A stretch of DNA of 64,000 nucleotides from an uncultured Bacilli bacterium (lineage in GTDB: Bacteria; Bacillota_I; Bacilli_A; RF39; UBA660). The position numbers were made by a program, and so were the translations under genes. The stretch spans positions 65,934-129,933 of the forward strand of contig CANQQV010000004.1 of assembly GCA_947626095.1 (NCBI GenBank), in the 5' to 3' direction. Positions within the stretch are counted from its first letter, which is position 1. Each line of letters begins with the position of its first letter. Positions 19,328 to 28,157 of this stretch are shown piece after piece. The notes below the pieces were generated by a model. That model worked only from the letters and a program-made list of their open reading frames with translations. It was not told the DNA's origin and did no database searches.

Positions 19328-19531
19328 TTATAAATTAATTTCATTTAATTTTAATAACTCAATAATCGCTTGACCACGACTACTAACACCTAACTTTTGT
19401 ATAACATTTGATATATGATTTCTTACAGTCTTTTCACTAATGATTAACTTACTAGCTATTTCATCCGTCGTATAGTTAAGTATTAAAAGATCAAACACTT
19501 CTTTTTCTCTTTTTGTTAATATATTCTTCAT
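19328..19531 (-). CDS. gerE: GerE, LuxR-type late sporulation regulator
   Basis: LTKREKEVFDLL...ISEKTVRNHISNVIQKLGVSSRGQAIIELLKL; upstream AACA-N15-CATAAAAT sigma-K-like promoter. Confidence 0.92.
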   Translation of the reverse strand: MKNILTKREKEVFDLLILNYTTDEIASKLIISEKTVRNHISNVIQKLGVSSRGQAIIELLKLNEINL

Positions 19532-19579
19532 ATAAATCTCTTCCTTACTACTATATTTTATGAAGAATACAAAAGAGTG

Positions 19580-20068
19580 TTAATTAAACTTAACTGTAAT
19601 ATACTTATCTTCTTTAAATTCCGTTCTAACCATTCTAATAATATCATTAGCAATTTTATAATCACTCTTATCACTATCTATTACTATTGTTACATTATTA
19701 CCATTAACTTTAATAAACGAATCATACTTAAATTCCTCTTTAACAATCTTTTCTAACTTTTCTTCAATACTCTTATTATTTGAAATAGTAAGTAATTCAT
19801 CATAAGCACTATTTTTACTTTCTAAATCAGTAGTTTCACTAAGTAAGATATTCTGTAAATCATTAATCGTTTCCATTACTTCTTCATCACTTTGTACTCT
19901 TAAAGCTACTAATTCTGTACTTTCATTTACGACTAAACTCGTTTCTTCTTCATCTTCTGGTAACGTAAAATCACTTAAACTGTTTTCATTCATACTTACA
20001 TAAAAAATACTAAGAACTAAAATAATACTAAATAAAAAAGTAAACCAAACACTTTGCTTACTGACCAT
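19580..20068 (-). CDS. spoIIIAH: SpoIIIAH-like protein
   Basis: KQSVWFTFLFSIILVLSIFYV signature; coiled region; E..LE..VKEEFKYDSFI.V...VTIVI; start after GGAGG. Confidence 0.85.
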   Translation of the reverse strand: MVSKQSVWFTFLFSIILVLSIFYVSMNENSLSDFTLPEDEEETSLVVNESTELVALRVQSDEEVMETINDLQNILLSETTDLESKNSAYDELLTISNNKSIEEKLEKIVKEEFKYDSFIKVNGNNVTIVIDSDKSDYKIANDIIRMVRTEFKEDKYITVKFN

Positions 20069-20173
20069 TTCCATTCCTCCAATACTACTATATTTTATTA
20101 ATTGACAGCCAAAATTATACATTTTATTTTACTATTTATTTAATTTATATTATTATATTAGTAGGTGATTAAG

Positions 20174-20626
20174 ATGAAAAACTTCTTAAAGAAATATCAA
20201 TTTGTTATTATTTTAACTTTACTATTAATTGTCTTATGTGTAGGCCCTAAACTAGTCTTTGCCGCTACTTCATCTAAACTTAATTTTTGTCAATATCGCG
20301 GTACTAGAAGAGCTTTTAAAATCTTAGGTTTAGTTATTAATTTTATTAAAATCCTTGTTCCAATAATTTTAATTATCACTGGTATTATGTCCTTAAGTAA
20401 AACTATCTTCTCCGGTAAAAGTGAAGATTTTACAGCCAGTTTAACACTTTTAGTTCGTAAATGTATTGCTGGTATTGTTATCTTCTTACTACCAACTGTT
20501 ATTAATTATGCCTTTGATAGTTTAATTGGTTATAACGATGCCTCCTTTACTGCTTGTACTAGATGTATGTTAACTCCAAATAACTGTCAAATACCTGATG
20601 AAGACCCCGACACTTATACTGATTAA
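20174..20626 (+). CDS. Small 3-TM protein, VirB2/TrbC-pilin-like architecture with Cys residues
   Basis: Signal-like N-terminus ending VFAA, two TM helices separated by a short charged loop, Cys-rich tail. Confidence 0.55.
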   Translation: MKNFLKKYQFVIILTLLLIVLCVGPKLVFAATSSKLNFCQYRGTRRAFKILGLVINFIKILVPIILIITGIMSLSKTIFSGKSEDFTASLTLLVRKCIAGIVIFLLPTVINYAFDSLIGYNDASFTACTRCMLTPNNCQIPDEDPDTYTD

Positions 20627-20687
20627 TAAATGATTCTAACTCTAGAATCATTTTTTTGCTAAAAATTTAAAAAATTAACCAGAAAAA

Positions 20688-20717
20688 AAAGGAAATGACC
20701 CCCTTTATCGCGAATAA
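20688..20717 (+). promoter_or_regulatory. Putative sigma-H-type promoter
   Basis: AAAGGAAAT-N15-GAATAA, 20 nt upstream of the exporter start, after a terminator at 20627-20657. Confidence 0.55.
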
Positions 20718-20737
20718 TTAAAGTGAAGGGAGTAAAT

Positions 20738-22777
20738 ATGAAAAAAGATTATATAGTTAAACAAAATGATATAAAAGATTGTGGCATATGTTCTTTAGAA
20801 TCAATTATCAAGTATTATAATGGCTTTATTCCTTTAGAAACCTTACGTTTAGATACTAATACTAACGTAAATGGTACAACTGCTTACAACTTAATTAAAA
20901 CCGCCAAAAAATATGGTTTTAGTGCCCAAGGTCAAAAAATAAAAGAACTAAATAATAACATTATCTTACCAGCTATAGCTCATATTGTAACTGCTAAAGG
21001 TTTAAATCATTTCTTAGTAATCTATAAAATAACTGATAAATATGTCCTCGTTATGGATCCAGCTTATGGTTATAAAAAGATTAATAAAAATGATTTTATA
21101 AAAGAATGGACAAACATTATTCTAATATTTAAACCATACAAACAAATACCTCTGTTTAAACTAAAAAACAAACTAAAAACAATATTCATAGACATCATAT
21201 CAAAAGAGAAAAAAATCATCTCTAAAATAATCGTTACTAATATCATCATAACCATTTTGTCCATTCTTATAAGTTACTATATCAAAACTATAACTACCAT
21301 AATAGAAACTAATTATATCAATACTGCTTATCTTTTTATCATTATCTTTTTTATAATCAATATCTTAAAACTATATTACGATTATATAAAAAACGAACTG
21401 ACTATCTATCTTAATAAAAATATAAATCTAAGGATTATTCCTGATTTTATCTATCATATTTTTAATCTCCCTTTAGATGTTATCAAATCTAGAACCACTG
21501 GTGAAATACTTACTAGAATTAACGAATTATTTAATATTAAAGAGTTATTCTCTGAAATATTTATAACCATTATTTTAGATTTATTTCTTACTATTGGTTC
21601 AATCTATTTTCTTAATTCATTAAGTAGCGAATTATTTTTAATTCTTTGCATAATCGCTATTCTTTATATTTTAGTAGGACTCTTTACTAGTTCTATCATT
21701 GAGAAAAAGATTAATAATAACATCGATCTAGAAACGGAATTTAATTCTTGTTTGACCGAACATATTAATAGTTTAGAATCAATTTCTAACTTAAGTTTAA
21801 CTGATTATTATGAAAATAAAGTCGAAGAAAGTTATCTTTCTTATGAAAAAGATACATTTAAGTATTCTCTAACTTTAAATAATATTATAACTATTAAAAA
21901 TGTTATAAATGAAATAGGTCTTTTTTTCATAACCAGTTATGGTATTTACTTAATAAGTATAAATAAACTATCTATCTTAGGCTTAATAACCTTTAATAGC
22001 TTATTAACTTATTTTATAAATCCTATTGAAAATGTTATTGATTTATTACCTAAGTATCACTTAATTAAAACATCATTCAATAAAATATCTGAATTCTATA
22101 ATATTGGCAAAATAGTTCAAGGAAATAATGAAAAGTTCAATAATGGTGATATCTCCTTCAAAAACATTACTTATTATTACGATGATTTCCATAAAGTGTT
22201 AAAATCCCTAAACCTTCTTATCAAATGTCATTCTCATATCATGCTAAAAGGTCCTTCTGGATGTGGGAAGAGTACATTATGTAAAATATTAAATAAAACA
22301 ATTAATAATTATAGTGGTGAAGTAAAAATCGATAATATCAACATTAAAGATTATTCATTAAGTACAATTAAGAAAAATATTTTATATGTATCCCAAACTG
22401 AAAGTATTTTCTCTGATACTATTAAAAATAATATTACGTTAAATAGATATGTAAGTCCTAAAGAGTTAAATGAAGTTCTAGAAATTACTAAAGTTAATGA
22501 AATAATTGCTAAAAAATCATTGCGTTTAGATTCGTTTCTATATGATAGCGGCTACAACTTAAGTGGTGGTGAAAGGCAAAGAATAATCTTAGCTAGGTCC
22601 CTTCTTAAGAAACCTAAAATTCTTATTTTAGATGAATCTCTAAGTGAGATGGATACTGATTTAGAAACCGAGATATTATCAAACATCGATCATTATTTAA
22701 AAGATACAACTGTAATCTATATATCCCATACTAATAATAATTATTTTAAGACAGTTTACGAAATGGAGTTAGTATGA
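20738..22777 (+). CDS. Peptidase C39-containing ABC transporter (double-glycine peptide exporter)
   Basis: Q...DCG catalytic Cys, HFLVIY, MDPA; TM domain; GPSGCGKST, LSGGERQR, LILDE. Confidence 0.93.
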   Translation: MKKDYIVKQNDIKDCGICSLESIIKYYNGFIPLETLRLDTNTNVNGTTAYNLIKTAKKYGFSAQGQKIKELNNNIILPAIAHIVTAKGLNHFLVIYKITDKYVLVMDPAYGYKKINKNDFIKEWTNIILIFKPYKQIPLFKLKNKLKTIFIDIISKEKKIISKIIVTNIIITILSILISYYIKTITTIIETNYINTAYLFIIIFFIINILKLYYDYIKNELTIYLNKNINLRIIPDFIYHIFNLPLDVIKSRTTGEILTRINELFNIKELFSEIFITIILDLFLTIGSIYFLNSLSSELFLILCIIAILYILVGLFTSSIIEKKINNNIDLETEFNSCLTEHINSLESISNLSLTDYYENKVEESYLSYEKDTFKYSLTLNNIITIKNVINEIGLFFITSYGIYLISINKLSILGLITFNSLLTYFINPIENVIDLLPKYHLIKTSFNKISEFYNIGKIVQGNNEKFNNGDISFKNITYYYDDFHKVLKSLNLLIKCHSHIMLKGPSGCGKSTLCKILNKTINNYSGEVKIDNINIKDYSLSTIKKNILYVSQTESIFSDTIKNNITLNRYVSPKELNEVLEITKVNEIIAKKSLRLDSFLYDSGYNLSGGERQRIILARSLLKKPKILILDESLSEMDTDLETEILSNIDHYLKDTTVIYISHTNNNYFKTVYEMELV

Positions 22778-23187
22778 TTAATAAAATAATATTCCTTAAC
22801 CTTACGCCCAAAAAGCATTTATTTATCTATTCTATATCTATTACTTGCATATTCATAATAGGACTCCTTTCTTCAAAATTAAAAACATACGATTCCTACT
22901 ATGTAACTGGCTTAGTATCTTGTGATAAAAATTGTAGTATTACGGTATCTTTTCCCTATGATAAAGTTGATATTTTAAAAGAAAATCCTCACATTGAATA
23001 TCTAAACAAAGAATACGAAATAACTTCTATTATTTATAGTGAACCATATTTAAACGATCAAATCCCTTACGAAGATATCAAGCTAATAACTGATCTTCAA
23101 AGTGCAGATCCAATAATTAACTTTAAAATTTTATATAATAAGCAAAGAATAATATCCAAAATAAAAAATATAGTCAAAGGAGAATAA
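22774..23187 (+). CDS. Single-TM accessory protein of the peptide export cluster
   Basis: Overlaps the exporter stop; one TM plus a short beta-rich domain; role (secretion accessory or immunity) unresolved. Confidence 0.55.
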   Translation: MINKIIFLNLTPKKHLFIYSISITCIFIIGLLSSKLKTYDSYYVTGLVSCDKNCSITVSFPYDKVDILKENPHIEYLNKEYEITSIIYSEPYLNDQIPYEDIKLITDLQSADPIINFKILYNKQRIISKIKNIVKGE

Positions 23188-23188
23188 A

Positions 23189-23347
23189 ATGGAACTAACA
23201 AACGAAGAATTAAAAGCAGTTGACGGTGGCAGTTTAAAAGTAACTGTTGGTGGTGTCTTATTAGCTGTTGGAAGCGCCGCAGTTTTTGCCTTAGGTCTAT
23301 TAAAAGGAGTAATGGGTAGTCCAACATGCTCATTAAAAGGAAAGTAG
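23189..23347 (+). CDS. Double-glycine leader bacteriocin-like peptide A (52 aa; absent from ORF track)
   Basis: MELTNEELKAVDGG|SLKVTVGGVLLAVGSAAVFALGLLKGVMGSPTCSLKGK; AAGGAG RBS. Confidence 0.88.
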   Translation: MELTNEELKAVDGGSLKVTVGGVLLAVGSAAVFALGLLKGVMGSPTCSLKGK

Positions 23348-23354
23348 GTGAATT

Positions 23355-23507
23355 ATGACTAACGAAGAGTTATTAAATGTTCAAGGTGGTAGCATTAGTG
23401 CATCACTTCTAAATGCTATTGCTAGAGGTGCAGAAGTACTATATAACATCGGCTCATCACTAGGTAAATGTATTAGATTATTTATTAGTGGCAAAAAATG
23501 TAACTAG
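23355..23507 (+). CDS. Double-glycine leader bacteriocin-like peptide B (50 aa; absent from ORF track)
   Basis: MTNEELLNVQGG|SISASLLNAIARGAEVLYNIGSSLGKCIRLFISGKKCN; AGGTGA RBS. Confidence 0.88.
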   Translation: MTNEELLNVQGGSISASLLNAIARGAEVLYNIGSSLGKCIRLFISGKKCN

Positions 23508-23509
23508 TA

Positions 23510-23534
23510 AAGGAAGAGAGTAATCTCTTCTTTT
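23510..23534 (+). terminator. Terminator closing the peptide cluster
   Basis: AAGGAAGAGA-GTAA-TCTCTTCTTTT. Confidence 0.75.
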
Positions 23535-23643
23535 ATTATTTAGTAAAAAATGTCGAAAATATAACGAATAATACTCTTTTTTCCCTTGTCAAGGCATTTA
23601 TGAAGTGTTATAATCATTTATAGTTATGAAGGGAGGGAAATTT

Positions 23644-23835
23644 ATGACTAAAGTAGTAGTACAAAACGGTAACATTGATGCAGCTCTTAAAAAATTTAAA
23701 GTAAAAGTTGCAAAAAGTGGAGTCCCTTCAAAACTAAAAGAAAAAAAATGCTATGATAAACCTGGCGTTAAAAGACGTAAGGCTAAAGAGGAAATGATTA
23801 GAAACTCTCGTAGACGTAGAAGAAATGATAGATAG
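23644..23835 (+). CDS. rpsU: 30S ribosomal protein S21
   Basis: NIDAALKKFK...K..YDKPGVKRRK; GGAGG RBS; precedes yqeY. Confidence 0.93.
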   Translation: MTKVVVQNGNIDAALKKFKVKVAKSGVPSKLKEKKCYDKPGVKRRKAKEEMIRNSRRRRRNDR

Positions 23836-23846
23836 GAAGTGCTAAT

Positions 23847-24290
23847 ATGGCCTTAACGGATAATGTAGTTAAAGATATGACTGCTGCAATGAAAGCTCAA
23901 GATAAATTTAATTTATCAGTACTTCGTATGCTAAAAACAGCTTTACAAAATGAAAAAATCAATTTAAAACATGATTTATCTGATGATGAAGCTATTACCG
24001 TTATTAAAAGACAAGTAAAGCAAAGAAAAGATAGTATAACTGAATATGCTAAATATGGTAAACAAGAAGAAGTCGATAAATTAAATAAAGAAATCGAATG
24101 TCTATCAAAATATTTACCAGAAGAACTAAGTGAAGAACAAATCAATAAAGTTCTTGATGAAGTATTTGCTGAACTTAAACCTGAAAGTATTAAAGAAATG
24201 GGTAAAGTTATGAAAGAAGCTACTGCAAGACTAGGTAGCGCAGCTGATATGTCATTAGTAAGTTTTTTAGTAAAACAAAGATTAAGTTAA
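23847..24290 (+). CDS. yqeY: GatB/YqeY domain protein
   Basis: DMTAAMKAQDK..LSVLRM, KQRKDSI, YLPEELSEE, KEMGKVM. Confidence 0.92.
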   Translation: MALTDNVVKDMTAAMKAQDKFNLSVLRMLKTALQNEKINLKHDLSDDEAITVIKRQVKQRKDSITEYAKYGKQEEVDKLNKEIECLSKYLPEELSEEQINKVLDEVFAELKPESIKEMGKVMKEATARLGSAADMSLVSFLVKQRLS

Positions 24291-24421
24291 TTAGATGATG
24301 CAAATCATCTTTTTTTATTGAAAAATTAGCAAATTATTTGCCATGTTTTTTCAAAATGAACCCTCCTTAATTGCAAAGGCAACATATAATTGTTATAATT
24401 AAAAAAGAATGGAGTGGAATT

Positions 24422-25954
24422 ATGTACACAATTACCAATATATTTTGGGAAAGAGTAAATTTACACATTATCCTAAATAAAGAAATAGAAGAAAAAGTAT
24501 ATTTATGCAGTAAAACTGAGAGTATTTTACTCAACTCAAAATCAAATGAAATTGTAATAAATGTAACCAATACTCCAGAAGGAACTATGCTAGATGCGAA
24601 AACCTGGACTTTAAGCATAGAAGATTCACAAATAACATTAGATCCTTCGTTACTTCAAACTTTAGATGATAAATCAAGAAATTTTTTATATCGAGGAAAA
24701 AAATATGCATATTTAGTAAACCTTTATGCAACTGAAGAACTAAATTTGACAATTACAACTAAATTTATGATCGAAAATACCAAGCCAAAAGCCTTTTACA
24801 ATCTATCTGAAACAAAAAGATTATCTAGTAAAATAAAAATTATTGCCAAAAGAACATTAGTATCATTATGTAATATTTATTATAAAATATTAAATTTTGT
24901 TAAACCTGGTTCTAAAAATATTTTATTTTTAACGGAAAATAGTGATAGTTTAACCTGGAATTTAAAATACTTATATGAATATCTACCAAAGGACAAATAT
25001 AAGATTAGAATTTACTCTCAAAATAAATATGTTAATAAAAAGAACTACATAAGCCGAATAAAAGAAACTACAGCAATTGCTCTAAGTGATATCATATTTG
25101 TTGATAATTATACTTCAATTCTATCATTCTTAAAACTATCAAAAAATGTTAAATTAATTCAACTATGGCACGCTGGAATTGGCTTTAAATCAGTTGGTTA
25201 TGCTAGATTCGGTCTAGATGGATCACCACATCCATACATTTCTTGTCATCGAAAATATACAGATGTAATAGTTGATCAACCAAATTTAATAGAAGTTTAT
25301 TCAGAAGTTTTTGGTGTCCCAAAATCAAGATTTAAAAGTTATGGTATTCCAAGATTAGACAACTATCTAGACAAAGCAAAGATTAATGAGACTACTGAAA
25401 AATTATATAAAATAAACAAACAGATTGAATCATCAAAAGTAATTCTATTCTCTCCAACATATAGAGGAACAGGAAGTAACACGGCGTATTATGACTTCTC
25501 ATTAATTGACTTAAATAAAATCTATTCTTTTTGCGAAGATAACAATTTTATTTTTATTATAAAAATGCATCCATTTGTAACAGAAAAAATAAATATTCCA
25601 AGTAAATATCAAAATAAAATATATGATTATTCAAATTTAGATATTAATGATTTGATTTATATAAGTGATATTATGATAACAGATTACTCATCATGTGCAT
25701 ATGAATTTTCGTTATTTAATCGTCCATTAATTTTTTATCGTTTTGATAAAGAATTATATGAATATCAAAGACCAATGCATACAGTCGATAGTTTCACTAA
25801 AAAACAATATGAAGTTAAAACACTTGCCGAACTAATGAAAATATTAGATAAAAATAAAGATATAGAAATTAAAGATCGCTTTAAAAACATCAAAAAAGAC
25901 GAAAAAGAATCTTCTTGCGAAAAAATACTAAAAGATATAATAGGTGATGAATAA
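24422..25954 (+). CDS. TarL/TarK-like CDP-polyol phosphotransferase (TagF family)
   Basis: N-terminal IFWERV as in TarL; IQLWHAGIGFKSVGYAR, GIPRLD, FSPTYRG, IKMHP, ITDYSS. Confidence 0.82.
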   Translation: MYTITNIFWERVNLHIILNKEIEEKVYLCSKTESILLNSKSNEIVINVTNTPEGTMLDAKTWTLSIEDSQITLDPSLLQTLDDKSRNFLYRGKKYAYLVNLYATEELNLTITTKFMIENTKPKAFYNLSETKRLSSKIKIIAKRTLVSLCNIYYKILNFVKPGSKNILFLTENSDSLTWNLKYLYEYLPKDKYKIRIYSQNKYVNKKNYISRIKETTAIALSDIIFVDNYTSILSFLKLSKNVKLIQLWHAGIGFKSVGYARFGLDGSPHPYISCHRKYTDVIVDQPNLIEVYSEVFGVPKSRFKSYGIPRLDNYLDKAKINETTEKLYKINKQIESSKVILFSPTYRGTGSNTAYYDFSLIDLNKIYSFCEDNNFIFIIKMHPFVTEKINIPSKYQNKIYDYSNLDINDLIYISDIMITDYSSCAYEFSLFNRPLIFYRFDKELYEYQRPMHTVDSFTKKQYEVKTLAELMKILDKNKDIEIKDRFKNIKKDEKESSCEKILKDIIGDE

Positions 25955-25955
25955 T

Positions 25956-27074
25956 ATGGTATTAATTTTAAGAATCGCAATTATTTTTTTAAACATAATA
26001 TATTTTTTTCTAAAACTATTACCAACACAAAACAAAATAGTTTTTATGAGTAGACAATCAAACAATCCAAGTCTAGATTTCAACTTACTACAAAATAAAT
26101 TAAAAAATAAATACAAAGTTGTTATCCTATGTAAAACTTTAGATGGTAAAGACAAAGCAAAAATTAAATCAATAATAAGTTATGGTTTTCATATGTTAAG
26201 GCAGATGTACGAGCTAGCAACTTCTAAAGTATGCATATTAGATAGTTATATTCCAACAATAAGTATTCTAAAACACAAAAAAAGTCTAACCATCATTCAA
26301 ATGTGGCATTCTAATGGTACTATGAAAAAGTTTGGTTATACCGCCTTAAAAAAAGCTGAAGGTAACAACAGTAAATACGTTAAAATTCTAAAAATGCACA
26401 AAAACTATGATATTGTTTTTGCTTCTGGCAGTGCATATAAAAGTCATTTAGCCAAGGGCTTTAATATATCCGAAGATAAAATTCTAACGTATTCATTACC
26501 AAGAATCGATTTGTTATCAGATAAAGAATATGAGCAAAAAACAAAAAGAAAAATATTCAAGGAATATCCAGAATTAGACTCAAAGAAGAAAAACATTGTC
26601 TATGCTCCAACTTTTAGAAAAAATGAAGAATCTTTTAATGAAAAATTTAAAGAATTAATAAAAAATATCGATATAACTAAATACAATGTCATTGTTAAAC
26701 TTCATCCGTTATCAAAAGTTACAATTGAAAATAGCGATGTAATAATTGATAATAAATTTTCTACATTTGACATGTTATTCATTGCCGATGCTCTAATAAG
26801 TGATTACTCATGTGTAATCTATGAAGCAGGAGTAAGAAACATCCCTCTATATTTTTATGCTTATGATTTAGAAGAATATGAAAAAAATAGAGGTCTTGCC
26901 CTTGATTATAATGAACTACCAGGATATACAGAAAGAAGTGGCAAAAAATTAGCATTATCTTTAGAAAAAGAATATGATAAAACATATTTAAAAAAGTTTA
27001 TTAAAAAATATGTTGAAAACACAAAAAATTGTACTGAAAAAATAGTTGAATTAATTGAAACAAAAATGAAATAG
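25956..27074 (+). CDS. TagB/TarB-like teichoic acid primase (TagF family)
   Basis: IQMWHSNGTMKKFG, LPRID, YAPTFRK, VKLHP, ISDYS. Confidence 0.8.
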   Translation: MVLILRIAIIFLNIIYFFLKLLPTQNKIVFMSRQSNNPSLDFNLLQNKLKNKYKVVILCKTLDGKDKAKIKSIISYGFHMLRQMYELATSKVCILDSYIPTISILKHKKSLTIIQMWHSNGTMKKFGYTALKKAEGNNSKYVKILKMHKNYDIVFASGSAYKSHLAKGFNISEDKILTYSLPRIDLLSDKEYEQKTKRKIFKEYPELDSKKKNIVYAPTFRKNEESFNEKFKELIKNIDITKYNVIVKLHPLSKVTIENSDVIIDNKFSTFDMLFIADALISDYSCVIYEAGVRNIPLYFYAYDLEEYEKNRGLALDYNELPGYTERSGKKLALSLEKEYDKTYLKKFIKKYVENTKNCTEKIVELIETKMK

Positions 27075-27082
27075 GTGATTAT

Positions 27083-28144
27083 ATGGAAAAACACAACGGT
27101 ATTATCAGTTTTTGGAAATTTATTTTTTGTTTAGTTATAATAATATTTCATGCTGGTGAATATTTTATCGGAAAACAAGAAATATTATTTAGATATGGTT
27201 CAATAGCCGTTGAATTTTTCTTTATAGTTTCTGGCTTTTTAATGTGTAAAAAAGCCTGTAGTACCAAAACAAGTTCAAATACTTCAATCGGTCAGGAGAC
27301 TTTTCAGTTTGTCATATCCAAATTTGCAAAATTATTTCCCTATATTTTAATTGCCTTTATTGTTGATTGTTTATTAAGATGTTTAGCCGACATAAGTAGT
27401 ATTAAATATTATATAAATGGTTTATTTGATCTATTTATGTTAAAAATGGCTGGTTTTAAAACAACCGGCTTTATTGGACATACATGGTATATATCTGCTA
27501 TGTTAATCTCCATGGCTTTAATATATCCGCAAATAAAAAAATTTGACAAAAATTATTTCTATTTAATTGCTCCTTTATCAATTATATTAATCGGTGGCTG
27601 GTTTAATCAAAGCTATGGAAATTTAAGAGAACCGACTATATGGACTGGCTTTGCCTACAAAGGTTTAATTAGAGCATATATTGAAGTAATGATTGGCAGT
27701 CTTCTATATCCATTGGCAGTAAAACTAAAAAGAGTCAATTTCACAAACACAGCAAAATTATTAAGCACATTTTTCGAGTGGGGGGGGTACATCTTTGTAA
27801 TATTAGTTAGTCATTTTATTAAAGATACAAGTCTAGACTATATTCTCGTAGTCGTTCTTGCTTTATCTATATTAATATCATTCTCAGAACAAACACTAGA
27901 ACTAAAAATAATGAGTAACAAATTTGTATTCTTTTTAGAAAAATTAAGCTTAACAATGTACCTAATTCACATTCCATTTAGGTCATATTTTAAAATAATC
28001 AATAGTCCCATAACATATAGACAAGAACTTATTTTTTTATTAACTATATCACTTATTTTAGGGACAATTATGATATACTTTGTTGAATACTTAAAAAAGA
28101 AAGAATACTTTATTCCTCAAATTAAAAAGCTAATAATTAAATAA
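27083..28144 (+). CDS. Acyltransferase-3 (OafA-like) membrane O-acyltransferase
   Basis: About 10 TM; IIFH, AVEFFFIVSGF, HTWYIS, SLTMYLIH. Confidence 0.85.
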   Translation: MEKHNGIISFWKFIFCLVIIIFHAGEYFIGKQEILFRYGSIAVEFFFIVSGFLMCKKACSTKTSSNTSIGQETFQFVISKFAKLFPYILIAFIVDCLLRCLADISSIKYYINGLFDLFMLKMAGFKTTGFIGHTWYISAMLISMALIYPQIKKFDKNYFYLIAPLSIILIGGWFNQSYGNLREPTIWTGFAYKGLIRAYIEVMIGSLLYPLAVKLKRVNFTNTAKLLSTFFEWGGYIFVILVSHFIKDTSLDYILVVVLALSILISFSEQTLELKIMSNKFVFFLEKLSLTMYLIHIPFRSYFKIINSPITYRQELIFLLTISLILGTIMIYFVEYLKKKEYFIPQIKKLIIK

Positions 28145-28157
28145 TCAGAATAAGGAA

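Noticed and set aside
23551-23557. TGTCGAA Spo0A-like box upstream of rpsU
   Set aside because: Isolated 7-mer upstream of a normal sigma-A promoter; chance occurrence cannot be excluded
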